Shown: in pieces, positions 40,925 through 54,782 of the stretch | Numbering within the stretch: position 1 is the first letter of the stretch | Layout of the letters: every line of letters starts with the position of its first letter | From: Octopus vulgaris | Taxonomy: Eukaryota | Assembly: GCA_951406725.2 (NCBI GenBank) | Contig: OX597814.1 | Span: 108,934,001 to 108,998,000, forward strand | Direction: 5' to 3' | Length of the DNA stretch: 64,000 bases | Notes under the pieces: model-generated | What the model saw: the letters and a program-made list of their open reading frames with translations, nothing else | Told to the model about the DNA's origin: nothing | The model's database searches: none | Position numbers and translations under genes: made by a program

Positions 40925-41725
40925 TTAGAAAAACATAAATTTGGAGAAGCACCCTCCAAGAAGCAGAGCAGTCTACATTAATTACTGGTTAAGGCTGGTT
41001 TATAGAGTAAGAATCATACACTTGGGAACCTGGGTCCCTGCGTCAATGGAGCAGGAGCTACAGGCTATGTGTAGCCGAACACACAGAAATCCTCAAGGGC
41101 TCACACATACCTATTTATTTACTACCCACAAGGGGCTAAACACAGAGAGGACAAACAAGGACAGAGAAATGGATTAAGTCGATTACAGCAACCCCAGTGC
41201 ATAACTGGTACTTAATTTATTGACCCCGAAAGGATGAAAGGCAAAGTCGACCTCAGTGGAATTTGAACTCAGAATGTAGCGGCAGATGAAATACTGTTAA
41301 GCATTTCGCCCGGCGTGCTAACGATTCTGCCAGCTCGCTGCCTACCAGAGACATTACTGAACTCCAGAGCGGGGATTTTCAGGCCATGCTTGCATTTTGG
41401 GAGATTTCTGCTGGCATTTTTGGAACCACATAATAGCAGTAAGAGCGAAAATGACACCACAGTTGGAAGTTGATTGCTGATGGGAGAGAGAAAGAGATAA
41501 CTCTCAATTGTTTACCCTCATCACTGAAAGATGGCGACATGGCTGGAGGGTGACAGCCAGCAGCAAAGGGAGATTATCCCCTTGTCTACATCCATATCAT
41601 TTCCCCCTCTATATTTTAAAGAAGTCATAGGCCAACAGATCTTAGGGTCTGAAGATACACCATAAAGGTATCCTTTATGGCGAGAAACCCAGGACCCTAT
41701 AAACCAGCCTTCACCGGTAATAAAT

Positions 41726-41768
<43 letters not shown>

Positions 41769-44700
41769 CACAACAAAAGAAAAAATAAGGGAAAAAAATT
41801 TTCTAATGCCAAATATGCCGAAAACAGACACAAAATTTCTATCAATGGCCAGCATGTTAAAAAATACCATTAAAGGTTAAATTTATAAACAGCTTATAAA
41901 CCAGGGCAAAAGAAAAAAAGAAATTTTCTAATGTCAAATATGCCGAAAACAGACACATTGTCAATAACCATATAATTTATCACTATAAGCACGCATCTCG
42001 AAGTAAGCCGGCAGAAATTTCTAAAAATTCTGTTATTATCATATCACACCCTATTTCAGAGTTAATTCATAAGAACCTTCTCTTCGTCAGTGATAAATGC
42101 GGCAAAGAAATAAATGAAATATTTACTTATACCTATGGAAGAAGCAAACACTAAGTCATGAGCACAATTAAGTACCCCAAATATATCCAAAATATTGGGT
42201 CTGATATGATAACAACAGAATTTTTTAGAAATTTCTCTTGGCTTTCGAGACACGTGCTTATAGTGATAAATTATATGGTTATTGACAATGTGTCTGTTTT
42301 CGGCATATTTGGCATTAGAAAATTTCCTTTCTTTTGCCCTTGTTTATAAGTTGTTTATAAATTTAACCTTTAAAGGTTTTCTTTAATATGCTGGCCATTG
42401 ATAGAATTTTTTTTAAAAAATTTTATCCTATATTAGATGCAAATTTAATAGTGTTCACTTCCGGACTCTCTCACTCTATGAGAGTTTTCAGTCCACTTGC
42501 ACGTGTCTCGAGGTGTGGCTGGGGAATTTCTATTTTGGATATATTTGGGGTACTTAATTGTGCTCATGACTTAGTGTTTGCTTCTTCCATGGGTATAAGT
42601 AAGTATTTCATTTATTTCTTTGTCGCATTTATCATTGACGAAGAGAAGGTTCTTATGAATTAACTCTGAAATAGGGTGTGATATGATAACAACAGAATTT
42701 TTTAGAAATTTCTGCCGGCTTACTTCGAGACGCATGCTTATAGTGATAAATTATATGGTTATTGACAATGTGTCTGTTTTCGGCATATTTGGCATTAGAA
42801 ATTTATTTTTTTCTTTTGCCCTGGTTTATAAGCTGTTTATAAATTTGACCTTTAATGGTATTTTTTAACATGCTGGCCATTGATAGAAATTTTTTCAAAG
42901 AATTTTATCCTATATTAGATATATATATATATATATTTTATATATATATATATATTTACACACACACACACATATATATAAGGGTGGGTGGGTAAGACTT
43001 TCTCATAGACCAGCATCCTGGTTTTCAAAAATTGATTTGCACTAAGCCTGAAAGATTGCTTTAAAACAAAGATATTGTTTTGAGCTGAGTGGGGATGCTA
43101 GATTCCCTTGTTTGAAAATATAAGGACACAGATCATGTCATATAGCCAGCTGGAGACAGCAACATTCATCCTAAACCAGGACTGCCATGTTATGTTGGCA
43201 AACAATCTTTACTACAAAGTACTGTTACTTGATATCTCACATTGTGAGATTTAAAAATAGTAATTTTCTAACAAGGCATGATATATAAATCTTCCAAATT
43301 TTTGTATCTCCACAGCATGAAACTGTTGGTGGCTCTGCTTGAAATTCTGTGAATGTTAAATGATATTTATTTCTCACTGGATAGAAAACTTATTTTCTTG
43401 ATCCTACCTATAATGAAACAGTAAACTACACACACACACAAATATATTGTATTAGTCTTTCACTCTTTTATTTGTTTCAGTTATTTGACTGCAGCCATGC
43501 CGGAGCACTGCCTTTTAGTCAAATAAATCAACCCCAGGATTTATCCTTTGTAAGCCTAGTACTTATTCTATCGGTCTCTTTTTGCCAAACTGCTAAGTTA
43601 TGGGGGTGTAAACACACCAACATCGGTTGTCAAGCGATGGCGAGGGGGCAAACACAGACACACACAAATATATATATATGACAGGCTTCTTTCAGTTTCC
43701 GTCTTCCAAATCCACTCACAAGGCTTTGGTTGGCTTGAGGCTATAGTAGAAGACACTTGCCCAAGGTGCCACACAGTGGGACTGAACCCAGAACCATGTG
43801 GTTGGGAAGAAAACTTCTTACCACACAGCCACTCCTGCGCCTATTGTATATTTCTCTTTCAAAGTCAGATTTTATAAGGGTACAAGAGTGAATAATGTGC
43901 AGCTCACTGTGCAGCTAGTATGCATTTGCAATGAATTACATTTAGTGTAGATATGCAAAGCGGAAGAGATGGCAGAAGCAAAGTAGAGCCATCTTTAAAA
44001 TATATAAATTTAAATCATGAACCAAAGAGAAAAAAATGAGGAACATACTGGAAAGATCTTGTTTGAAACATGTAGGTATCCTTGAAGTAGATGCTGGTTG
44101 TGTGACATTCGTATTTACAGTACTCAGCAGTTCCACTAATAAACAAACCAATTTCTCTCTCAGTGCCAGGAATCACAGTATTTGCTGGTTCCGGTTCAAT
44201 TTCCACAACTTTTCTCCTCTTGCGGAAGGTAGCATTTGGACTGCAATGAAGAATCAAGTCAGAACAATACAATGAATTACAATTTGAGGGAATCTAAAAC
44301 TGTATAAATGGGGAGAAAATCTAACAAAATATGTATACACATATATAAATATAGTCATGCATATATACATACATATACACAAATACCTGCATGCATACAT
44401 CTATATATATAATACTGAGAATGTGTGTCTGTCTGTCAGTCTGTCTGTGTGAATCCCTAACACTTGAGAACTACACAACCAATTTCATTCAAATTTTACA
44501 CATGCCTTACTTAGGGTCCATGTAGTGTCATGGGCAAGAACATTTTTTAATTTCTTGCCTAGGGCGAGCCCACAGCAATATCATATCTTCTCCACTATTT
44601 CAGTATTACATGTCAAAAGTAAAACAAAAACATCTCTCTATTGTAATGTCAAATGCTTTCATTTTAATAGTGAAACTATTATATAAGTGGCATGAACTGA

Positions 44701-46459
44701 AAGTGAACATCCCTCTTATATGTATGTAATATAATTTTTTCTGAAACTTCAGACTTTTCAATATGCTACACCACTGGTTTTAAACTGATATTAATCAACT
44801 TAATATTCAATTTTTCACCCTTATTATTTTAAATTTAAAATCTAAAAATCCCAAAGCTATGAGATAATGCATGATTATCTCAAACCAATGTGAATAAATA
44901 AGCATTACATTTAACAGAATAATTTGAATGCTGAAGGGTTTAACAGGCCATATTCAGCCCAAATATTCTTCTTGGTTTCAGAACAAACTGGCTAGATCTA
45001 GCCTCTCACACCTATCCTACAATGTCCTTCTAAACATTATAATCACTTCATCAAAATCTTGAAGCTACAAGATAATGCATGATTAATTGGAAATAATTTG
45101 AATACGTTAAAAGCACCATCCGAACGTGACAGTTGCCAGCGCTGCCTGACTGGCGTCCGTGTCGGTTTGCCAGCCTCCTCTGGCCCCTGTGCCAGTGGCA
45201 CATAAAAAGCACCCACTAAACTCACAGAGTGGTTGGCATTAGGAAGGGCATCCAGCTGTAGATACACTGCCAGATCAGACTGGAGCCTGGTGCAGCCTCC
45301 TGGCTTCCCAGACCCCAGTCGAACCGTCCAACCCATGCTAGCATGGAAAACGGAGGTGAAACGATGATGATGATGATGATGAAGCATTGCATTTGAAGGG
45401 ATAACCTGAATGCTAAGGGGTTGAACAGGCCAATATCCGGCCCAAAATATTCTACTTGTTTTATGTTCAAACTATCAAGATCTGGCCTCTCACATGAACC
45501 TACAATGTCGTTCTAAAAATCTACATATACACCAATGAAAACTTGAAGCTACAAGATGTTGCAAAATTAATTCCAATCAAAGTAAATTAATAAACATTGC
45601 ATTTGACAAAGTGAACTGAATACTAAAGGGGGGAAACAAGCCATATTTGGCCCAAATATTTTTGTTTTATGCTCAGACTGTCAAGATCTGGCCTCTCACA
45701 CCTACTTGACAATGTCATTCTAAAAATCTACAAACATACCAAAGAATTACATTTGACAGAATGAAGTGAATACTAAAGTGTGAAACGGGTTGTAATTAAC
45801 AATGATAAAGGTGTGTTATATCTTACGTCTCTTTGACAGCGACCGCATCAGGTACATTACTCGGGGGTGTAGATTCCACTTCAACCCATTTGATAACATG
45901 GATCCGATCATCCCAGTCTGGAACCTAGAAAGAAAAGAAACACATTCAATATGGATTCGATCATGCCAGTCTGGTGAAGGTCATCCCTGGACATTCCTGT
46001 CTAATGCCCCCTTCAACTTATAGGGGTCAGTTACCTGGTTTCTATGGTATATAAATGACCAAGAAAGGTGCAGGCATGGCTATGTGGTAAGAAGTTTGCT
46101 TCCCAACAACATGGTTCCAGGTTCAGTCCCACTGCACAACATCTTGAACAAGTGTCTTCTACTGTACCAATGCCTTGTCAGGAAATTTGGTAATCAGAGA
46201 CTACAAAGAAGCGCATCATGTGTGTACGTACGTACATACATACATACATACATATAAATAAGATGAGAAAATAGAGAGGTAATTAATAAATTGTTATTTA
46301 TTAATTAAAAAATCAACAAATATCCCTTACAGCTGTTTCAATTCCAGACCTTCAGAAAATTAATTAATTAAATTAAAAAAGTGTTTGAAAGTCAAATCTC
46401 TTCACAGGTAGTTTAAGATATGTAAAATAGGTGTTCAATTCCTGCATGTTGAATAATCG

Positions 46460-46510
<51 letters not shown>

Positions 46511-46819
46511 AGTGGAGGCGCAATGGCCCAGTGGTTAGGGCAGTGGACTCGCAGTCGTAGGATCGCGGTTTCGATTCCCAGACCGGGCGTTGTGAGTGTT
46601 TATTGAACGAAAACACCTAAAGCTCCACAAGGCTCCTGCAAGGGGTGGTGGCGATCCCTGCTGTACTCTTTCACCACAACTTTCTCTCACTCTTTCTTCT
46701 GTTGGCCTGCTCATTTAGCCAGCGGGGTGGCGTCATTTGAAGGCTAAAACAATGCGAAGCGCATTGTGACCAGTGATGTGTAGCAACATCTGATAGCCTG
46801 GTCAGTCATGGTGATCACG

Positions 46820-46858
<39 letters not shown>

Positions 46859-49035
46859 CAGGTGTGTGTGTGTGTGCATGTCTTTGTATGGGTGTTTGCC
46901 ACCTACCCCCACCACTTGACCACTTGTATTGGTTTGTTTACATCCCCATAACCTAGCAGTTCAGCAAAAGACACCAATAGAATAAGTACCAGGCTTTAAA
47001 AAAAAGCAATGGGGGTTGATTTTCTCAACGAAAACCCTTTGAGGCAGTGCTCCAGAATGGCTGCAGCTCAATGACTAAAACAAGTAAAATATACAAAGAT
47101 ACAAAGAATACATTTAAAACCCAGGTACCTTGAAGGTACTCTGACTCAGGTACAGGAGTTATATTTTAGCTCCAGCTCAGCGTAATCAAAGAGACCTTTA
47201 AAATAAATGTTTCATCTAAACCAGGGGTGGGGAAACCTTTTAGTGCGGCGGGCAAAAATTTCCAAAGAAAAAAGTCCTCAGGTGGGCCACAAGTCCAAAC
47301 TCTTATATCTGTGTAAATCCTGTATATATCTATGTATAATTCAATATACATTAATAAAGATAAGTTTAACAAATTAAATTAACGCATAATATCTGTGCTT
47401 GAGGAGACCATTTGAGTCAAGTACATCAACATCAAAAATCAATGGAAATTGTAGCTGTGATCCCTGTGCTGGTGGCACATAAAAAGCACCATCCGAACAT
47501 GGCCGATGCCAGCACTGCCTTGACTGGCTTCCGTGCCGGTGGCACATAAAAAGCACCAACCGATCGTAGCCGTTGCCAGCCTCGCCTGGCACATAAAAAG
47601 CACCCACTACACTCACGGAGTGGTTGGCGTTAGGAAGGGCATCCAGCTGTAGAAACATTGCCAGATCAGACTGGAGCCTGGTGCAGCCTCCTGGCTTCCC
47701 AGATCCTGGTCGAACCGTCCAACCCATGCTAGCATGGAAAACGGACGTTAAACGATGATGATGATGACGATCTTCATTAATGCCGCCACTGAATTTAGGA
47801 TGTTTATATTACTTATGAGGTATTCTATTTCTTTCAGCTAGAGTGTAGTTGGGTCTCAAGGGGGTGGTACAAACCTAGTAATATGTGTTTTATAGTGAAA
47901 GCAAAATTTCAATTCAAATGGCAATTACCAGACGATTTTCAGTTTGAGTCGAACCATTTTAAATTGTAGTGGAAATGTAACCTACATAGTAAATCGGCAT
48001 ATAAATAGTGTATAAATTTTCTAATTGATAAACTTATTATATTTTGTACATACGAGTATACCAGCCTGCAGGCGCAATTGAATGGGCTCATAGGCACAAT
48101 TGTGCCAGTGGGCGGGGATTTCCCAGCCCTGGTCTAAACCATCTTTCTTTTACTCACACACATTGTCCAATATGTTTTACTTTCCTTAAGATAAAAAATG
48201 CTGTGATTTGAGGGAGAATTTGTTGTTATTTCTAGCATGTACACTGAACATTAACCAACTTTTTCATTGATTTCACTCAAGTAAAATTGGCACTCCATCA
48301 GTTATGAAGACAAGGTTTCCAATCGGTCCAATTAACAGACCAGCCAGCTCATGCAAGTGGCTGAGTATTCCACAGACACACCTAGCCTTAATGTAGTCCT
48401 CGGGTAGATTCAGCAGCACAGAATTCAACAAGGTTGGCCCTTTGAATTACAAGTACTGCTCATTTATGCCAACTAAGTGGACTGGAAAAAAGTGAAATGA
48501 AGTGTCTTGCTCAAGGACACATGTGTCGCCAGGAATTGAACACACAATCCTATGATTGCGAGCCGAATATCCTAACCAATCAGCCATGTACCTTCACTCA
48601 AATAGTGTTTAGATTACTATGGAATGATGGTGATGATGATGACAATGATGATAATGGTGATGAAGACGAGAGATGATTGATGATGCTAATGAAGATCATG
48701 ATGATGATGATGATGAAAGACAATGGTGATATTTTTACCTGAGAGAGTGGTTTCTCAAAAGTGATTTTCTTCACTGCACACGGTATAACCTCTTCTTGAA
48801 GGACGATGGGTTTGTAGGACTTGAATGTTAGAACGATATTTTTAGTCTGACCGGGACGTAGGTGTCCCATCTGGGGTGAAAACATTAATGGTTCTTTGGT
48901 CAGCCATTGGAAACAAATGGTTTCTTGTAGGCATCGGTTTGTGATGGTTAAACTCTGTGTCTTGGCTTTTCCAATGTGGCAATCCCCAAACAACATCGTA
49001 TTAGCTTTACTGACTGTAACGAGAAGGAAGACAAC

Positions 49036-49083
<48 letters not shown>

Positions 49084-52000
49084 GTATATATATATATATT
49101 TATTTCAGGTCACTTTCGAGTGCTACTGATAACATGTAACCCAGTACAACCTGTTGCATGGTCGGAACGTTGGTGACTAAACTGGCAAACCCACCAAGCT
49201 TGCTTGGTGAGGAGGGTGTTTATTGGACACCCTGCGTGATGAAAAACAAAACCCGTCAAAGGGCGGAGGAACTCTTGTGAGTCAACAGCCATTCAATAAA
49301 TGTGTAATTTTTTTTTCTTAAGGCTTAAGGTTGTATCATATGCGGGGACATAGAAATAATCGGACTGAATACCCAATCGCACGGTTAAACCATTGGGAGT
49401 GAAGGACTCCTAGCCTTTGTTAGGGCATCCTTCTAGGAGAATGTAACTCAGGTAACTGGGATAACTCCGACATAAAACCTGCGGCTCAGTGGTTACCGAT
49501 GATGTTGACTTGTTCTTCTTTTCGGATTATGGCTGCTGTTGCTTAGTGAGTGGGATTGACTCAGTACACAGCCTTTCCTCACTTTAAAAAAATCTTCTTG
49601 CACAGGCATTGCACAATAACAACATTGTTCATGATTGTTGATGGTGCTGCGAGTCTCAACTGAATGGCTGGCTGTAGCCTTAAAAAGCAAATAAAAGACA
49701 CATTTGATCAGAGCACCAATAGCAGTTAATCATACTCGATGATGAGGGAGCAGCCATCATATATGTATATAAATATGAGTGAGTGGACAAATGAAAGAAG
49801 GGCACTCAACCGATTTATTGGGAGTTAAAAATGCGGAAACCAGGTCATGGCTCAGCAGGGTATGAAAACCATTTCCCAAAAATGCGGAACCCAGGTCATG
49901 GCTCAACAGTGAATGAAAATCATGCTACTCAATTGCATACATCAGCTGTAACAAACCCAAACTCGCAGAAATTCGATATAGTAATGAATGAAAGCAGTTT
50001 TTTAGGCATAATCTACCAACTACAACAACAGCTGTACTCCATACAGACGACTCAGCAAAACCAGGCAACATTGATACAAAGGCTGACACCTGGACTTACA
50101 GGGCACATACAACAAATACAGACAGCCCAGCAGACCGAATATCCAGTCAGCACAGTCCCAGCAACTACAACAGTCTTGCCAACAATAGGGCAGATGTATC
50201 CGGTACAACAAGCATAATAACAGCAAATATCCAGGGTCTTTATCCGAAAACAAAACAGTGTAAAGTCCCTTTCTTGGAAGAATTAGCAAGAGAAAACAAC
50301 TCCAAAATAATTGGAATTACTGAAAGTCATCTCAACGAAAACATCCGCAACAGCGAAATCACAATCAATAGATTCAACATCTTCAGATGTGATAGACAAG
50401 GCAGATCCCATGGGGGTGTTATCATGTATATCCATGATACCTATGCATGCATAGAACTTGTCAATGAATCAAATGCCTACTGCAACCTACTGTGCATAAA
50501 AATCATCCAACTTAATACAGTTGTGACAATAATGTACAGACTGCCAAACAGCCCAACATTATCCTTCACTGAGCCACGGACAAAGCTCCAACAAATTCTG
50601 GGAAACATGGCAAGTCCAATGCCAGACATTATCCTCCTTGGTGACTTCAACTTCCCTAACATCATCTGGCCACATGGACACATACTAAAACTGGGGACAA
50701 AAGCTGAACAAATACAGGCAGCCAAACTGTTGGAAGTCACAGAGAAATTATACCTCAAACAAATGATGACAGAAGCAACAAGAAATAATAATACGATCGA
50801 CTTGGTTTTCACCAACAACGAGGACACGCTATTTGACCTTCACTCAACCCCAACAATCCTTTCAGACCACAATATTATTGAAATGCATTTACACATTGGT
50901 AATGAGCCCAATGCCACAACTCTTAAACAAAAGGACATGCCAAAGCTATGCAGGTATGATTATCACCAGGCAAATTGGGAAACTATTAACAACCAGTTAC
51001 AAATCATTGACTGGGATCTCTACCTTACTGGGCCAGATAAACACAAGAAATTCTTAAACAAGATCGAAGAAATATGTGAAAAAAATGTTCCTCTAAAGAA
51101 AACCAAGTCCACAAAAAAACCTGTACCACGGGAGCGAAAGATCCTGATGCGCAAAAGGTCAAGACTAAGAAACAAAACATCTAAGCTGACATCAAAACAT
51201 GAATTACAGAAAGTCCTTGACCAAATATACAGATTAGAAGACAATCTAAAACAACACTATGATGAAGAACGTAACAATGCAGAAAAGAGAGCCATAGAAA
51301 ACATCAAGAAAAATCCAAAATGTTTCTACAGTTTTGCAAAGAAATACTCGAACACCAAGTCAACAATAGGACCTCTCCAGAGACAAAATGGGGATGTAGT
51401 GAATAACCCTATTGAAATGGCAGAAATGTTGGGTCAACAGTATGAAAGTGTCTTCAGTGAGCCATCTAAAACCATGAAGATCCATGACCCAGGAAAATTC
51501 TTCAAGGATATCGACCATACTAAACCTACCCTATCCGACATTGATTTCAACCCAGAAGACATAGCAAGAGCCATAGACAAGCTCTCCATGCACTCGGCTG
51601 CGGGGCCTGACGGTTTCAATGCCATGATACTTAAAAAATGCAAGGTACAATTGTCGAAACCCCTTTACATGATATGGAGGGAATCTATGGAGAATGGCAA
51701 AATATCAAATACATATAAAGAAGCACACATAACTCCAATACATAAAGGGGACAGCAAATCAAAACCAAAGAACTACCGACCAATCTCACTGACATCGCAC
51801 ATTATCAAGGTCTTCGAAAGAATAGTTCGTGGAAAACTGGTTGAGTTCCTGGAATCCAACAATCTGATGAATTGCAACCAGCATGGATTCAGGTTAGGTA
51901 GATCATGCCTTTCCCAACTACTGGCACACCATGACCAAATCCTAGAAAATCTAGAGAATGGATACAACACAGATGTTATCTACCTCGACTTTGCCAAGGC

Positions 52001-53364
52001 ATTTGACAAGGTAGATCATGGCATCCTGGGTCACAAACTTCGAAAGCTAGGAGTAGGAGGAAAAGTTGGTACATGGATACATGAGTTCCTTACAAATAGA
52101 ACTCAAACAGTCACTGTGAATGGAACCCATTCAACACCATCACCTGTGACCAGCAGTGTTCCTCAGGGTACAGTACTCGGCCCAATCCTGTTTCTCATCC
52201 TCATCTCTGACATAGATGAAGATACAACCAGCAACGTCTCATCCTTTGCTGATGACACCAGGGTCATGAGACAAATCAAAGACGAGGTGGATACAGAGGC
52301 CTTACAAAAGGACCTGACCACCATATATAAATGGCAGGAAACAAACAACATGTTGTTCAATGATAAGAAGTTTGAACTAATTCGCTACGGAACAGATCAA
52401 GATCTGAAAAATACAACAAACTACAGAAACCCATCAGGACAACAAATAATGGAAAGTATGTGAAAGATTTAGGCATCCACATGGGAACCAACCTAAAATT
52501 CAGAGAACACCTTGACTCAGTCTGTCTTACTGCAAGAAAGTACAGCGGGTGGATCTTGCGCACCTTCAAATCAAGAGATACCTCAACAATGAAAACCCTC
52601 TGGAACAGTATGATACTTCCGAGGATTGACTACTGTTCTCAGTTGTGGTCACCAACAACAAAGGGCCAACTATCTAAGATAGAATCGCTCCAAAGAAATT
52701 TTACCTCATACTTCTCAGAAACGAGGGACCTGGACTATTGGCAAAGACTCAAAACCTTGAGGATGTACTCAATAGAAAGAAGATTTGAGCGATACCGAAT
52801 TATATACATTTGGAAAATGATAGAGCAGAAGGTGCCAAACTTTGGTATCAAAACCTACCACTCACTGCGCCACAGAAGACGCTGCCAGCTGCCACCAATC
52901 AACAAAAAGGCTGGCCAGACAGCAAAAACCCTGCGAGAATCAAGTCTGTTGGTTCGAGGAGCACAACTGTTCAACTCCATTGCGGTACATGTCAGAAATC
53001 TATCAGGATGCAGTGTGGAATCATTCAAATTGCAACTGGATAGATACTTAAGCACCATTAGAGATGAACCCCATCTCCCAGGATATACACAACGAACACA
53101 AACTGACTCAAACTCGCTCCTACACATGTCAAAATTAAGCAGAGAATACAACCTGGCAACCACACCAGACTCTGAGGGTGGAGTCTTCGACTTGGCCTGA
53201 GCATGGACTCAAACCCAAATGAAATGAAATGAAATGAAATGGATCAAAACAGTTTGATTCAAGTTCATAGGTACTCTTGAGTCTCAAATTCAAAATGACT
53301 AACGACAAGCATCGTACTTGAAACTCAAGAGTAACAACAAATTTGAATCAAACTGCTTTGATTC

Positions 53365-53399
<35 letters not shown>

Positions 53400-54729
53400 T
53401 TATAAAGAGCAAAGTTTGTTTGTTTGTATGTTGACCGCTGAAAACACTAAATAAAATTGATAATATTTCAGGTTTTTTGTGTCAGTTAAATTAACTTGAA
53501 CATTCTGCATATAACTGTGCACTTATTTTCCACAAACAGAATGGGGAGGGGATGAGTTGGTGGCATATTGGGTCCTATTTCTAGCAATCCATGTACTGTC
53601 TATTTCACTGTAATTTTTGGACTTGGGTCCTGCAAAACATTCTACTCCTAAATCTTTGTTACATTAACCATATAAACAAAGCAAGAACAGGCTACATTGT
53701 AATGGCATGGAGTCATATAATATGTAATAAAGACACACCAAATGTTGATATTGTCAATGCATTTAATACACATGTTTCAAGTAATTATGTAAGAAAAAAT
53801 TTTCTCTTATGCAATATCTTCCTCAGTTAAAATATTTCAAAATCAAAATGTAAATCATCATCATCATCGTTTAATGTCCGCTTTCCATGCTAGCATGGGT
53901 TGGACGATTTGACTGGCGAACCAGATGGCTGCACCAGGCTCCAATCTGATCTGGCAGAGTTTCTACAGCCCTTCCTAACGCCAACCACTATACAGCTTTT
54001 GACCAGGCCGTGTCAACAGAACCCTCCAACAAGAAGAAAAGAAGGGAAGTAATTAGAAGGAAAAAAATAGTGTTTATAGAGAGGGAAAGACATTAGAAAG
54101 AAAGGGAGTAAGTATGTAAGGAAAAGAGGAACAGATAAAAAGGAAGAACTAGATTATAGGAGCAAGGAAGAAGGGGTCAAATAAATAAGTACATTAATAA
54201 AAAAATAAATGGATGAAAGGACAATATATCAGTATGTTGAGTGGGTAAGGGGAGAAAGGGAAGTGAAGAAAAGGGAAAAAGGCACAGCAGAAGCAAGAGA
54301 TGAAAAGATAGGGAAGAAGAGACGGTGAGAGAAAAAGGAAAAAAGGAAGATGTGGATGGGGGAAGGAAAATAAGAGGAAATCAAGTAAAGGCCAGACAAA
54401 ATGAAAAGAATACTGGAAACAGATAAAAGATTTGGTTCATGGTTGTATCAACTGTGTTACCATGTTGAGCAAACCATGATACTGAAGTCACACACTGATT
54501 GGTTGAAATAGTATTTATAAGATACAGCATACAGGAGCCTATCAGAAAGTTGTCAAATATGAAGCACATTAGCTGTTTATTAATGCTGTTACTATATGAA
54601 GATTGTTATAAAGTATGAAAGTACTTGTAATATTGTAAAATAATAAAATACAAAAATAAATTGTGAAAATGAGACTATGATGGTGAGTGATCAATATATT
54701 TATCGATGTACAGTTTTACACACCTTCAG

Positions 54730-54782
<53 letters not shown>

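Noticed and set aside
46514-46590. tRNA gene (also at 17319 and 6947)
   Set aside because: These are SINE heads that continue into shared bodies; no complete cloverleaf.
49172-49300. Definite HDV-like ribozyme
   Set aside because: P1-like pairing exists but P3, L3 and P1.1 could not be fitted; kept only as an unassigned fold.
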